This document shows, piece after piece, positions 1-9,452 of a DNA stretch of 33,229 nucleotides. The number at the start of each line of letters is the position of its first letter. Position 1 is the first letter of the stretch. The position numbers and the translations under genes are program-made. The notes beneath the pieces are model-generated. The model had not been told where the DNA came from, did not search any database, and saw only the letters and a program-made list of their open reading frames with translations. Source of the DNA: an uncultured Clostridia bacterium (GTDB taxonomy: Bacteria > Bacillota > Clostridia > TANB77 > CAG-508); the NCBI GenBank assembly GCA_947625075.1, contig CANQMY010000001.1, positions 1 to 33,229 on the forward strand, in the 5' to 3' direction.

Positions 1-305
1 AAAATATATTGAATTCCCTATACTTTTAAAGATTTTTATTTTTTATGTATGGTTTCATTTTTTCGTTTTTCAAATATGTTCTATATTGTCTTTTTGACTA
101 GATTTTTATTTTTTATCAAAATACAATTTTTTTTACTATTTTACTATAAATCTTTCAAAATCTAATAGTTTTTATTACTTATAAAAACTTATTAATTTTT
201 ATATAAAAGTTAAATTTTTTTCTTTTTTTTATATATAATTTTATTATTTTACATTCTTTTTTATCATTTTTTAACTTTATAAAATTATTTTTATTTATTA
301 TCTAC

Positions 306-447
306 TATTAATTTTTTATTATATTTATTTTATTAATTATTAATTATTATTTATTAATTTTTATTTATTATTTATTATTTATTTTTTATTTTTTATTATT
401 TATTATTATTTATTTTTATTATTTTATTTAATTAAAAAAAATATAAA
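306..447. repeat. G/C-free low-complexity tract built from degenerate TTATT/TTTAT units
   Basis: Reading the sequence, positions 306-447 contain only A and T. The tract is T-rich on the plus strand and lies in an ORF-free 478-bp region. Confidence 0.8.
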
Positions 448-466
448 CACTTTTTCGTGTCTATAT
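441..466. terminator. Bidirectional hairpin terminator downstream of the DUF4446 gene
   Basis: ATATAAACAC-tttttc-GTGTCTATAT pairs at 9 of 10 positions. An A-run (433-440) and T-runs (467-480) flank it. Confidence 0.5.
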
Positions 467-478
467 TTTTTATATTTT

Positions 479-949
479 TTATTTTTTATTTTTAGCTATA
501 TTTAGTGCTTCTTTTTCTTCTGATGATAATTTTTCCTTACATGTACCTTTTATAATTAATTTGCTATAAACATTTGAATAGTCAGCTCCATAAATACTAT
601 TAATTATTATTCCATTATTTTCTTCATCTAATAATGCTAATGCAAAGCTTAAATTATTTTTAGTATTATTATATTGATTATATTTAATTAATCCTATTTT
701 TTTTAAATTTTTATTTATTTCTTGGTTTATTTCATTACAATATTTAATAATTTGATCATCTTTTTTATCTAAATCATTTACTTTAGCTATATAATTTTTT
801 AATATATCTGAAATATTTTCACCATTTCCTAATCTAATTGCTAATTTTTCATATTTTAATTTAGTTCTTAAAGTAATATAAATACTTATTAATGAAATAA
901 TTAAGGAAATACATGCTAGAATTATTAAAAAAAAATTTAAATCTCTCAA
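479..949 (-). CDS. DUF4446-family membrane protein (usual neighbour downstream of parB)
   Basis: N-terminal TM segment. The motif IKYNQY...LSFALALLDEENNGIIINSIYG...LSSEEKEAL resembles DUF4446. It abuts the parB stop. Confidence 0.6.
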   Translation of the reverse strand: MRDLNFFLIILACISLIISLISIYITLRTKLKYEKLAIRLGNGENISDILKNYIAKVNDLDKKDDQIIKYCNEINQEINKNLKKIGLIKYNQYNNTKNNLSFALALLDEENNGIIINSIYGADYSNVYSKLIIKGTCKEKLSSEEKEALNIAKNKK

Positions 950-1813
950 TTATTGTTCCTTTCTAATAATATCTAATATTCTTTCTAATTCTTCATTAGA
1001 GGAATATTGTATAACTATTTTTCCACTTCTAGGGCCAGCATTAAGCTTAACTTTAGTACCAAAAAAATTTCTAAATGAATCTTCTATATCTCTATATACA
1101 GCTTCATATTTTTTATCTTTTTTTTGTAATTTCTTTTTATTTTTTACAGTTCTTTCAATATCTCTAACCGTTCCACCATTTTCAATAATTTTTAGAGCTG
1201 TTTCATATTGTATATCATTATCAGTAATTGCCATAAGAGACCTACAATGACCTTCTGTTAATTTTCCATCAAGTGCAAGTTGTATAACTCTTGGATCCAA
1301 ATTTAGTATTCTTAAAGTATTAGTTACATTTGTTCTACTTATACCCAATTTATCAGCTAAATCTTGTTGTCTTAAATTATAATTATCAATTAATTGTTTA
1401 TATCCAACTGCTTTTTCAATAGGATTTAAATTTTCTCTTTGAATATTCTCAATTAATGATATTTCTTTGTTTCTTTGTTCATCTTCATTTCTAACAAGGC
1501 ATGGCATTTCAGTTAATCCTGCTTTTTTTGCAGCTCTCCAACGTCTTTCTCCTGCAATTATTTTATAGAATTTACCTTTATTTTCTACAATAATTGGTTG
1601 TAATATACCATATCTTTTTATAGATTGAGCTAATTCTTCAATAGATTCTTCATTAAATGTTTTTCTAGCTTGCTCTGTATTTGGTTCTATATCTACAATT
1701 TTAATATTTTTTATTTTTTCTCCTTCATTAGTGCTTTCATTTATTTCTTTAAGAACTTTACTTTCTGAAAATAAAGCATCTAATCCTCTTCCTAATCCTG
1801 AGTTTTTTGCCAT
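950..1813 (-). CDS. parB: Chromosome partitioning protein ParB/Spo0J
   Basis: ParB box IAGERRWRAAK, HTH QQDLADKLGISRTNVTNTLRIL, and position next to parA. Confidence 0.9.
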   Translation of the reverse strand: MAKNSGLGRGLDALFSESKVLKEINESTNEGEKIKNIKIVDIEPNTEQARKTFNEESIEELAQSIKRYGILQPIIVENKGKFYKIIAGERRWRAAKKAGLTEMPCLVRNEDEQRNKEISLIENIQRENLNPIEKAVGYKQLIDNYNLRQQDLADKLGISRTNVTNTLRILNLDPRVIQLALDGKLTEGHCRSLMAITDNDIQYETALKIIENGGTVRDIERTVKNKKKLQKKDKKYEAVYRDIEDSFRNFFGTKVKLNAGPRSGKIVIQYSSNEELERILDIIRKEQ

Positions 1814-1831
1814 TTTTCTACTCCTTTATTT

Positions 1832-2593
1832 TTATTTATTCTTTTTTAAAATTTCTTTTGCCAATTTCTCATAGCTTTTAGCTCCTTTTGATCTTGGATC
1901 ATATACAGAAATTGGTAATCCATAACTTGGTGCCTCACTTAATCTTATATTTCTTGGTATTACTGTTTCAAATACTTTGTTTTCAAAATATCTATTAACT
2001 TCTTTAACTACTTGATTTGATAATTTTGTTCTAGCATCAAACATTGTTAAAACTGCACCTTCAATGCTTAAATTTCTATTATAATATTTTCTTACTAAAT
2101 CAATTGTCTTTAATAATTCTCCTACTCCTTCTAACGCAAAATATTCACACTGAACTGGAATTAAAACACTATCAGATGCTGTTAATGCATTTATTGTAAT
2201 TAATCCTAATGATGGCGGACAATCTATAAAAATAAAATTATAATGTTCTTTTACTTTATCTAATTGTTGCTTTAACCTATACTCTCTATTCATTGCGCTA
2301 ACTAATTCTACTTCCGCTCCTGCCAAACTCATGTTCGTAGGGCAAATGTCTAAGTTCTTTATTTTTCCTGTTTGAATAGTGTTATGAACTTCGACATCAT
2401 TTATAAGTATATCATAAGTCGAAAACTCACAATTTTTATCTATTCCTACTCCACTTGTAGCATTACCTTGTGGGTCTGCATCAACAAGTAAAACTTTTTT
2501 TCCTTTTTTAGCAAGTAAAGCTGCTATATTAATTGCTGTTGTAGTTTTTCCTACTCCGCCTTTTTGATTTGCAATAGAAATTATTTTACCCAA
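1832..2593 (-). CDS. parA: Chromosome partitioning ATPase ParA/Soj
   Basis: Deviant Walker A KGGVGKTT. The likely start is TTG at 2593, six nt after GGAGGAG. The ORF-track extension to 2662 runs through a terminator hairpin. Confidence 0.9.
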   Translation of the reverse strand: MGKIISIANQKGGVGKTTTAINIAALLAKKGKKVLLVDADPQGNATSGVGIDKNCEFSTYDILINDVEVHNTIQTGKIKNLDICPTNMSLAGAEVELVSAMNREYRLKQQLDKVKEHYNFIFIDCPPSLGLITINALTASDSVLIPVQCEYFALEGVGELLKTIDLVRKYYNRNLSIEGAVLTMFDARTKLSNQVVKEVNRYFENKVFETVIPRNIRLSEAPSYGLPISVYDPRSKGAKSYEKLAKEILKKNK

Positions 2594-2618
2594 TTTTATC
2601 TCCTCCAGTCTACGTATT

Positions 2619-2647
2619 ATAATACAAAAAAATGAACAATCTGTCAA
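2619..2647 (-). promoter_or_regulatory. Putative sigma-A promoter for parA-parB
   Basis: On the minus strand: TTGACA (2647-2642), 17 nt spacer, TATTAT (2624-2619). The -35 sits in the loop of the rsmG terminator hairpin. Confidence 0.4.
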
Positions 2648-2662
2648 CAACAAATTGTTCAT
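2632..2662 (-). terminator. Intrinsic terminator after rsmG
   Basis: 9-bp stem ATGAACAAT/ATTGTTCAT followed by a T-run on the minus strand (plus-strand A-run 2626-2631). Confidence 0.5.
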
Positions 2663-2670
2663 AAAAAAAA

Positions 2671-3357
2671 CTATTTTATTGGATCTTTAGCAGGTATTCC
2701 AGCTTTTCTAGGATATTTAAAATTAATTTTACCTATTTTTCTTATTATAATAATATTCCTTTCTATTTCTGAATTAGGTAAGTAAAAATTATCAATCTTT
2801 TCGATTTTTCCTCCTAATTCCTTTATAGCCCCTTTTGCACTATTTAATTCTTCATTAATATTTGGACCTTTCATGCAAATACATATTCCTCCAACTTTTA
2901 CAAAAGGCATTAAATATTCTAGAAGTGTACTTAAATTGGCAACTGCCCTTGATGTTGCAACATCATATTTTTCTCTATACATGTTATTTCTTCCTATGTC
3001 TTCTGCTCTTGTATGAATTGCTTGAATTTTATTTAGACCTAAACTTTCAATTACATTATTTAAAAAATTAATTCTTTTATTTAATGAATCAACTAATGTA
3101 ATATCTAATGTTTCATCCATAATTTTTAATGGAATTCCTGGAAACCCAGCTCCTGTACCAATATCGATTATTTTTTGATTTTTTTCTATATATTTAAGTA
3201 TCGAAATAGAATCAATGAAATGTTTTAAAATAATCTCATCCTCATCAGTAATAGCTGTTAAATTTATTTTCTTATTCCATTCTATTAATAGATCTTTATA
3301 TGTATTAAATAAATTATTTTTATCTTGATCAATTTTAATTATATCTTTAACATTCAT
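2671..3357 (-). CDS. rsmG: 16S rRNA (guanine527-N7)-methyltransferase RsmG/GidB
   Basis: SAM-binding motif DIGTGAGFPGIPLKI and synteny directly after mnmG. Confidence 0.9.
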   Translation of the reverse strand: MNVKDIIKIDQDKNNLFNTYKDLLIEWNKKINLTAITDEDEIILKHFIDSISILKYIEKNQKIIDIGTGAGFPGIPLKIMDETLDITLVDSLNKRINFLNNVIESLGLNKIQAIHTRAEDIGRNNMYREKYDVATSRAVANLSTLLEYLMPFVKVGGICICMKGPNINEELNSAKGAIKELGGKIEKIDNFYLPNSEIERNIIIIRKIGKINFKYPRKAGIPAKDPIK

Positions 3358-3358
3358 A

Positions 3359-5242
3359 TTATTTATTACCTCTTTTTATAGTTTCTAAATATATCAAAAG
3401 AACAGATATATCAGCAGGAGAAACTCCTGAGATTCTCGATGCTTGACCAACTGATATTGGTTTAATCTTATTTAATTTTTGTCTTGCTTCTATTCTTAGT
3501 CCTTTTATATTTTCATAATCAATATTTTCATCTAATTTTTTATTTTCTAGCTTTTTAAATTTTTCTACTTGTTCTTCTTCTAATTTTATATATCCCTCAT
3601 ATTTAATGGAAATATTAACTTCTTCCATAACTTCTTTTTCCATATTTGGTCTATCAACATCAATTTCTTGTAATTTAAAATAATCTAATTCCGTTCTTTT
3701 TAATAAATCCGCCATTTTTACTCCTGTTGTAATAATACTAGAGTTATTTTTTTCTAAAAACTTATTTACTTTTTCATTTGGTTTTATTATCGTATTATTT
3801 AATCTTTTTATTTCTTTTTCAATCATATCCTTTTTTTCCAAGAATTTTTTATATCTTTCTTCACTTATAAGGCCTATTTTGTATCCAATCTCAGTTAATC
3901 TTAAATCTGCATTATCTTGTCTTAAAAGTAGTCTATATTCTGCACGGGATGTCATCATTCTATATGGTTCATTTGTACCTTTTGTAACGATGTCATCGAT
4001 AAGAACACCTATATATGCTTGTGATCTATCTAATATAATAGGTTCTTTTCCCTTTATTTTTAATGAAGCATTTATACCTGCTATTAACCCTTGTGATGCT
4101 GCTTCTTCATAACCAGAAGTACCATTTATCTGTCCAGCAAAAAACATTCCTTCAATTTTTTTATGTTCTAATGATAGTTTCAATTCTTGTGGATCTATAC
4201 AATCATACTCAATAGCATATGCAGGTCTTGTAAACTCTACATGTTCCATTCCTGGAATAGTTCTATACATTGCAATTTGTACTTCTTCTGGAAGAGAAGA
4301 ACTCATACCTTGAACATACATTTCATCTGTGTCTCTTCCTATTGGTTCTATAAATAACTGATGTCTTTCTTTATCTGCAAATCTAACAACTTTGTCTTCT
4401 ATTGATGGACAATATCTTGGGCCTGTTCCATGTATTTTTCCAGAATATAAAGGAGATTTATCTAAATTTTTTCTGATAATATTATGAGTATTTTCATTAG
4501 TATATGTCAAATAACATGGAAGTTGATTATCACATTTATTAAAACTATTCTCCATTGAAAAAGGAACAATCTCTTCATCCCCTTCTTGAATTTGCATCTT
4601 TTCAAAATCTAAGCTTCTTTTATTAACTCTTGCAGGAGTTCCTGTTTTAAATCTATTAATTTTTATTCCTAAATCTTTTAAAATTCTCGTTAAACTATTT
4701 GCAGCAGCTACTCCATCTGGTCCACTTGAATATGACACATCACCTATATGTATCATTCCACCTAAATATGTACCAGTAGCTAAAATAACCGCTTTAACAT
4801 CATAAACTGCTCCAATGTTTGTTTCAATAGATTTAACTTTATTATTTTCTACATTAATATTAACAATCTCAGCTTGTTTTAAAAATAAATTTTCTTGTTT
4901 TTCCAATGTATGCTTCATTTCTGCTTGATATCTTTTTCTATCTGCTTGAGCTCTCAAAGAATATACTGCCGGACCTTTAGATGTATTAAGCATTTTTAAT
5001 TGTACAAAAGTTTTATCAATATTTTTTCCCATCTCGCCACCTAAGCAGTCTATTTCTCTAACGATATGTCCTTTTGAACTTCCTCCAATATGTGGATTGC
5101 AAGGCATATTAGCAACTGCCTCTAAGCTAATAGAAAATATTAGTGTTTTCATTCCCATCCTTGCACATGCAAGACCCGCTTCACATCCTGCATGTCCTGC
5201 TCCAATAACAGCCACGTCATACATTCCAGCATTATAACTCAT
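3359..5242 (-). CDS. mnmG: tRNA uridine 5-carboxymethylaminomethyl modification enzyme MnmG/GidA
   Basis: FAD motif [11 protein letters not shown], 627 aa, conserved [13 protein letters not shown]. Confidence 0.95.
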   Translation of the reverse strand: MSYNAGMYDVAVIGAGHAGCEAGLACARMGMKTLIFSISLEAVANMPCNPHIGGSSKGHIVREIDCLGGEMGKNIDKTFVQLKMLNTSKGPAVYSLRAQADRKRYQAEMKHTLEKQENLFLKQAEIVNINVENNKVKSIETNIGAVYDVKAVILATGTYLGGMIHIGDVSYSSGPDGVAAANSLTRILKDLGIKINRFKTGTPARVNKRSLDFEKMQIQEGDEEIVPFSMENSFNKCDNQLPCYLTYTNENTHNIIRKNLDKSPLYSGKIHGTGPRYCPSIEDKVVRFADKERHQLFIEPIGRDTDEMYVQGMSSSLPEEVQIAMYRTIPGMEHVEFTRPAYAIEYDCIDPQELKLSLEHKKIEGMFFAGQINGTSGYEEAASQGLIAGINASLKIKGKEPIILDRSQAYIGVLIDDIVTKGTNEPYRMMTSRAEYRLLLRQDNADLRLTEIGYKIGLISEERYKKFLEKKDMIEKEIKRLNNTIIKPNEKVNKFLEKNNSSIITTGVKMADLLKRTELDYFKLQEIDVDRPNMEKEVMEEVNISIKYEGYIKLEEEQVEKFKKLENKKLDENIDYENIKGLRIEARQKLNKIKPISVGQASRISGVSPADISVLLIYLETIKRGNK

Positions 5243-5399
5243 TTTATTTCTCCTTTTATTACATTTTTTTATTTTAATTAGTTATTTATGAAACATAAAC
5301 ATAAAAATAAATTTTTTTATTATATAAATTAAACTTTTTATTTATTTTCTTATATTTTATTATTATTTTTTTTGTTCGTTTTTCATTAAATCTTATTTT

Positions 5400-6773
5400 C
5401 TACTTTCCTAAACAAAATCTTTTAAATATTTCATTTATTATATCTTCAGTTACATTCTTACCTGTAATTTCTCCTAAATTTTCTAAAGCTTGTTTAATAT
5501 AAATTGATGATATATCTATAGGCATATTTTTCCCAACTGCATCTATTCCCTTTATTATATTTTCTTTTGCTTTAATTATTTGATTTTTATGTCGTTCATT
5601 TGTAATTAAAACATTATTATCATTAAATATATCATTTATTTTAAACATTTCACTTAATTTTTTATATAATTCATCTATTCCTTCTTTTTTTAAAGCAGAA
5701 ATTTTAATTGTTGGTTTACATAATTTTAGTATTTCTTTTTCTATAGTATTTTCTTTTTGTTTTATGTCAACTTTATTTAGAACTATTATTGCGTTTTTAT
5801 CTTTTATAATTTTTATTATCTCTTCATCTTCTTTTTCTAGTTGTTTTGATAAATCAAAAATTGCAATTATTAAATCACTTTCATTAGCAAGCTTTTTACT
5901 TTTTTCTACTCCTATTTTTTCTATAATATTGTCTGTCTCTCTTATTCCTGCAGTATCTATTAATTTTAAAGAAATTCCATCAATATTTATATATTCTTCT
6001 ATGGAATCTCTTGTTGTACCTTCTATATCACTAACAATTGCCCTATCTTCATCTAATATAGCATTTAATAAAGATGATTTTCCCGAATTTGGTTTTCCAA
6101 ATATAACTGTCTTAATTCCATCTCTAATTAATTTTCCTCTATCAAAACTTTTTTCTAATTCATCAAGCATGTTTTTTATTTTTTCTAACTTAATAACAGT
6201 TTCTTTATTTGTTATTTCAGGTACATCGTATTCTGGATAGTCTAATATTACTTCAATATTAACCATCACATCAGTAATTTCCTTTTCTATACTTTCTATT
6301 TTTTCAGATAGCTTACCCTGAAGTCCTTTTATTGATTCTTGTGCTTCTTTTTTTGATTTAGAATTTATTAAATCAATAACAGACTCAGCCTGTGCAAGAT
6401 CAATTCTTCCATTTAAAAAAGCTCTTTTTGTAAATTCTCCTGGTTCTGCTAATTCTGCTCCATAGTTTAAGCAATTTTCTAAAATTCTTCTTTCCACTAT
6501 CATTCCACCATGAGTATTAATTTCACACATATTTTCTCTCGTAAAGCTATGAGGGCTTACAAAATATGAAACTAAAACTTCATCTATTATTTCATTATTT
6601 TTAGGATTTATAATATTTCCATATTTAATTGTGTATCCTTTTATTTTACTATCTTTATTTTTTGGTATAAATATTTTATTTAATATTTCAAAGCAATTTT
6701 TTCCGGACATCCTTATTATTCCAATTCCACTATTCCCTGCTCCTGTTGATATTGCAACAATTGTATTTTCCAT
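5400..6773 (-). CDS. mnmE: tRNA modification GTPase MnmE/TrmE
   Basis: G1 GKPNSGKSSLLNA, G3 DTAGIR, C-terminal CLGK. Confidence 0.95.
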   Translation of the reverse strand: MENTIVAISTGAGNSGIGIIRMSGKNCFEILNKIFIPKNKDSKIKGYTIKYGNIINPKNNEIIDEVLVSYFVSPHSFTRENMCEINTHGGMIVERRILENCLNYGAELAEPGEFTKRAFLNGRIDLAQAESVIDLINSKSKKEAQESIKGLQGKLSEKIESIEKEITDVMVNIEVILDYPEYDVPEITNKETVIKLEKIKNMLDELEKSFDRGKLIRDGIKTVIFGKPNSGKSSLLNAILDEDRAIVSDIEGTTRDSIEEYINIDGISLKLIDTAGIRETDNIIEKIGVEKSKKLANESDLIIAIFDLSKQLEKEDEEIIKIIKDKNAIIVLNKVDIKQKENTIEKEILKLCKPTIKISALKKEGIDELYKKLSEMFKINDIFNDNNVLITNERHKNQIIKAKENIIKGIDAVGKNMPIDISSIYIKQALENLGEITGKNVTEDIINEIFKRFCLGK

Positions 6774-6810
6774 TATTCATAACTCCTATTTATTACTTAA
6801 TATTAAAATA

Positions 6811-6862
6811 TAAAAAGTCAAAGCAAGATTGTTTTTTACAACTAAATCTCGAACTTTGACTT
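6811..6862 (-). terminator. Hairpin terminator after jag
   Basis: Outer 9-bp stem AAGTCAAAG/CTTTGACTT with inner pairing, followed by a T-run on the minus strand. Confidence 0.45.
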
Positions 6863-6878
6863 CGAATTTATAATTTAT

Positions 6879-7571
6879 TTATTTTTTTAAATCTACTACT
6901 AATTTTCTATGTGGCTCTTCGCCTATACTATAAGTAGTAATATTTTTACTGTTTTGAAGTTCTGTATGTAATATTTTTCTTTCATAAGCTGTCATTGGCT
7001 CTAAAACAACTTTTCTTTTTGTTCTTAAAACCGTTTTTTCTAATTTTTTTGCTAATTCTTTTAAAGTATTCTCTCTTTTTGATTTATAATCACAAATATC
7101 TAAAGAAATTCTTACTCTGTCATTAACATCTTTATTTGCTATTGCTGTTAATATTGTTTGAAGAGAATTAATTATATCTCCTCTATATCCAATTAATTTG
7201 TTTGAATTTTCACCTGTAATATTAATTTCAATTAAATTATTATTTTTATTTATTTCATAATCTATATCTTTAAATACCTTTACAAAATCATCCAAAAATT
7301 TTGATAGATTATTTTTTGCTAAATTATAATTTTCTTCACTTAATATTTTTTCTTCACTATTTACTTTTCTTTTTTCTATAGCAGCTTGTACATTTTCTTT
7401 TAATGTTAGTTCTACTTTAACCACTCTTGGAGAAAGAATGCTATAAAAACTTCTTTTATCTTCATTTTCTAAAACTTTTATTTCTACATCTTGTCTTGAG
7501 CATCCTAATTCTTTTAATCCCTTTTCTATTGCTTCATTTGATGTTTTTCCTTCTGATATTATAGATTCCAT
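6879..7571 (-). CDS. jag: Jag/KhpB RNA-binding protein (Jag_N, KH, R3H)
   Basis: Domain pattern and C-terminal R3H-like ERKILHTEL. Position is directly after yidC. Confidence 0.85.
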   Translation of the reverse strand: MESIISEGKTSNEAIEKGLKELGCSRQDVEIKVLENEDKRSFYSILSPRVVKVELTLKENVQAAIEKRKVNSEEKILSEENYNLAKNNLSKFLDDFVKVFKDIDYEINKNNNLIEINITGENSNKLIGYRGDIINSLQTILTAIANKDVNDRVRISLDICDYKSKRENTLKELAKKLEKTVLRTKRKVVLEPMTAYERKILHTELQNSKNITTYSIGEEPHRKLVVDLKK

Positions 7572-7582
7572 ATTTAATCCTC

Positions 7583-8434
7583 CTAGGCATTTTCTTCTTT
7601 TTTATTAAATATTGTATTTATTATAACTCTTTCTAATAGTTGTAGCAAGTTACTTACAAACCAATATAATGATAATCCTAAAGGAGCAATTAAGGCAATG
7701 GCAATAGACATTATAGGCATCATATAGTTCATACTATTAGACATCTGTTGCATACTTTCTAATTGTTCTTCTGTAGTCTCTTCCCCATCTTTTGAAACCT
7801 TTTTTTCTACATTTTTATCTTTCTTATTTTGTGTAAGAGCCATTGAAATTTTTATATTTATAAATGTAGTAATTATATATAAAACAGGAATAATATAAAC
7901 TTTAAAATCATTTAAATTCTGCATTGGAACTTTGCTTAAATTTAAGCCCAAAAAATTCATATTTATATTTACATTTTCATCTTCACTTGACTTAGTTTCA
8001 ATTATTTTAATTTCTGGATATGAAGATGTTTCACCATTTTCTGTAAGCTCTGTTTTATAATTTTCTATAATTCCACTGTCTATTTTTTTCATATATGTTA
8101 AAGGTCTACTTACTAAATAAAATACTGATAAAAATATAAGTAATTGTAATATTCCACTCAAACATCCTGAAAATGGACTTACCTTCTCCCTTTTATATAA
8201 ATCAATAGTTTCTCTATTTAATTTTTCAGGATCATTTTTATATTTTACTTGTAAACTTTTCATCTGCTCTTGAATTTTAGCAGTTTTTTTCATCGTTTTT
8301 TGCTGTTTTATAGTAAAAGGTAATATTATTAATTTCAATAATATTGAAAATATTATAATTGCCCAACCATAATTTTGAACAAAATTATATATATAATTAA
8401 GTACATAACCTAATAAATTAGCTAAAAAAGACAT
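7583..8434 (-). CDS. yidC: Membrane protein insertase YidC/SpoIIIJ
   Basis: Multi-pass membrane protein in the rnpA-yidD-yidC-jag synteny. Confidence 0.85.
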   Translation of the reverse strand: MSFLANLLGYVLNYIYNFVQNYGWAIIIFSILLKLIILPFTIKQQKTMKKTAKIQEQMKSLQVKYKNDPEKLNRETIDLYKREKVSPFSGCLSGILQLLIFLSVFYLVSRPLTYMKKIDSGIIENYKTELTENGETSSYPEIKIIETKSSEDENVNINMNFLGLNLSKVPMQNLNDFKVYIIPVLYIITTFINIKISMALTQNKKDKNVEKKVSKDGEETTEEQLESMQQMSNSMNYMMPIMSIAIALIAPLGLSLYWFVSNLLQLLERVIINTIFNKKEENA

Positions 8435-8447
8435 TAATTTTCTCCTT

Positions 8448-8666
8448 TCATTTTAATAGATCTACTCCACCTTTAGAAAATGGGTTACATTTAAGAAGTC
8501 TTTTAATTCCTAAAATAAAACCTTTTAAAAAACCATATTTTTTAACTGCTTGTTTCATATATTCTGAACAACTCGGATAATATTTACAGTGTATTCCAAA
8601 AGATCCTATAATTGGAGATATTCTTTTTTGATAAAAATTTAATATTTTAATAAAGATTTTTTTCAT
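8448..8666 (-). CDS. yidD: Membrane protein insertion efficiency factor YidD
   Basis: CKYYPSCSEY...RLLKCNPFSKGGVD motif, 72 aa. Confidence 0.85.
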   Translation of the reverse strand: MKKIFIKILNFYQKRISPIIGSFGIHCKYYPSCSEYMKQAVKKYGFLKGFILGIKRLLKCNPFSKGGVDLLK

Positions 8667-9008
8667 TTATTTAAAAATTCCTATCTTAAAAAATAAACTT
8701 TTCATATCATTATATATAATTTTATAAGAAAGATTTTCTATAGGTTCTTTTTTATTCCAAATAAATACTAAATCATGTCCTTTTACAGTGTTTTTTTCTA
8801 ACTCTTGATAAACAGCCCTTATCTTTCTTTTTATTTCATTTCTTTTTACAGCTTTGCATAATTTATTACTAATTGCAATTCCAAGTCTATTATAATCATA
8901 TTTATTTTTTAAGTCATATATAATAATTTGTTTTCCTATATAATATTTTCCTTTATTAAAAACATTTTTAAATTCATAATTCATTTTTAAAGTTTTTATT
9001 TTTTTCAT
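8667..9008 (-). CDS. rnpA: RNase P protein component
   Basis: 113-aa basic protein located between rpmH and yidD. Confidence 0.85.
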   Translation of the reverse strand: MKKIKTLKMNYEFKNVFNKGKYYIGKQIIIYDLKNKYDYNRLGIAISNKLCKAVKRNEIKRKIRAVYQELEKNTVKGHDLVFIWNKKEPIENLSYKIIYNDMKSLFFKIGIFK

Positions 9009-9018
9009 ATATATACCT

Positions 9019-9046
9019 TAAAAAAGGTCACTTTTCATTGTGACCA
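9019..9046 (-). terminator. Hairpin terminator/attenuator between rpmH and rnpA
   Basis: GGTCAC-8 nt-GTGACC (9026-9045) followed by a T-run on the minus strand. Confidence 0.55.
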
Positions 9047-9051
9047 TATTT

Positions 9052-9186
9052 TTACGCACTTAATTTTTTTCTTCCTTTAGCACGTCTAGCTTTTATTACG
9101 TTTCTTCCCTGTCTAGTAGACATTCTTTTTAAAAATCCATGTTCTTTTTGTCTTTGTCTATTTTTTGGTTGATATGTTCTTTTCAT
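9052..9186 (-). CDS. rpmH: 50S ribosomal protein L34 (absent from the ORF track, too short)
   Basis: My own minus-strand translation gives [44 protein letters not shown] (44 aa). GGAGGTG lies upstream of the ATG. Confidence 0.9.
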   Translation of the reverse strand: MKRTYQPKNRQRQKEHGFLKRMSTRQGRNVIKARRAKGRKKLSA

Positions 9187-9236
9187 TATTTTGCACCTCC
9201 ATTTTCTATTGCTAAATTAATTCAATCGTAGTTAAT

Positions 9237-9266
9237 ATTATATACTATTTTTCCCTATTATGTCAA
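9237..9266 (-). promoter_or_regulatory. Putative rpmH promoter
   Basis: On the minus strand: TTGACA (9266-9261), 18 nt spacer, TATAAT (9242-9237). Confidence 0.45.
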
Positions 9267-9308
9267 TAGATTTAAATAAAAAATTATTATTTTATTTTTT
9301 GTTTTTTC

Positions 9309-9338
9309 TTGACTATTTGTGTAAATTTTTGATATGAT
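9309..9338 (+). promoter_or_regulatory. Putative dnaA promoter
   Basis: TTGACT (9309-9314), 18 nt spacer, extended -10 TGaTATGAT (ends at 9338). Confidence 0.45.
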
Positions 9339-9452
9339 ATATTGGTAATAAAAGAAACTAAAGAAAACGTTATTTAACATGATTTACACATTTTTTATTG
9401 TGGCTATTAAATAACTTTTTTTAATTTTGAAAAATAGGTAAGGGGTAAGGCA

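Noticed and set aside
2594-2662. N-terminal extensions proposed by the ORF track: parA to 2662, recF from 12268, gyrB from 13404, gyrA from 23020, and the DnaD-like gene to 27576.
   Set aside because: In each case a strong SD with proper spacing precedes an internal start that yields the family-typical N-terminus. The parA extension would run through a terminator hairpin.
950-2670. Looked for a parS site (TGTTNCACGTGAAACA-type palindrome) in and around parB/parA and elsewhere in the window.
   Set aside because: None seen by eye. The only CACGTG (near 14565 in gyrB) lacks the flanking TTTC/GAAA arms. A pattern search over the whole chromosome would be needed to say more.
9187-9452. Possible second DnaA-box cluster upstream of dnaA (bipartite oriC).
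   Set aside because: Only weak matches are present (for example TGTGGCTAT, ATTTACACA) with 2-3 mismatches. This is not enough to call.
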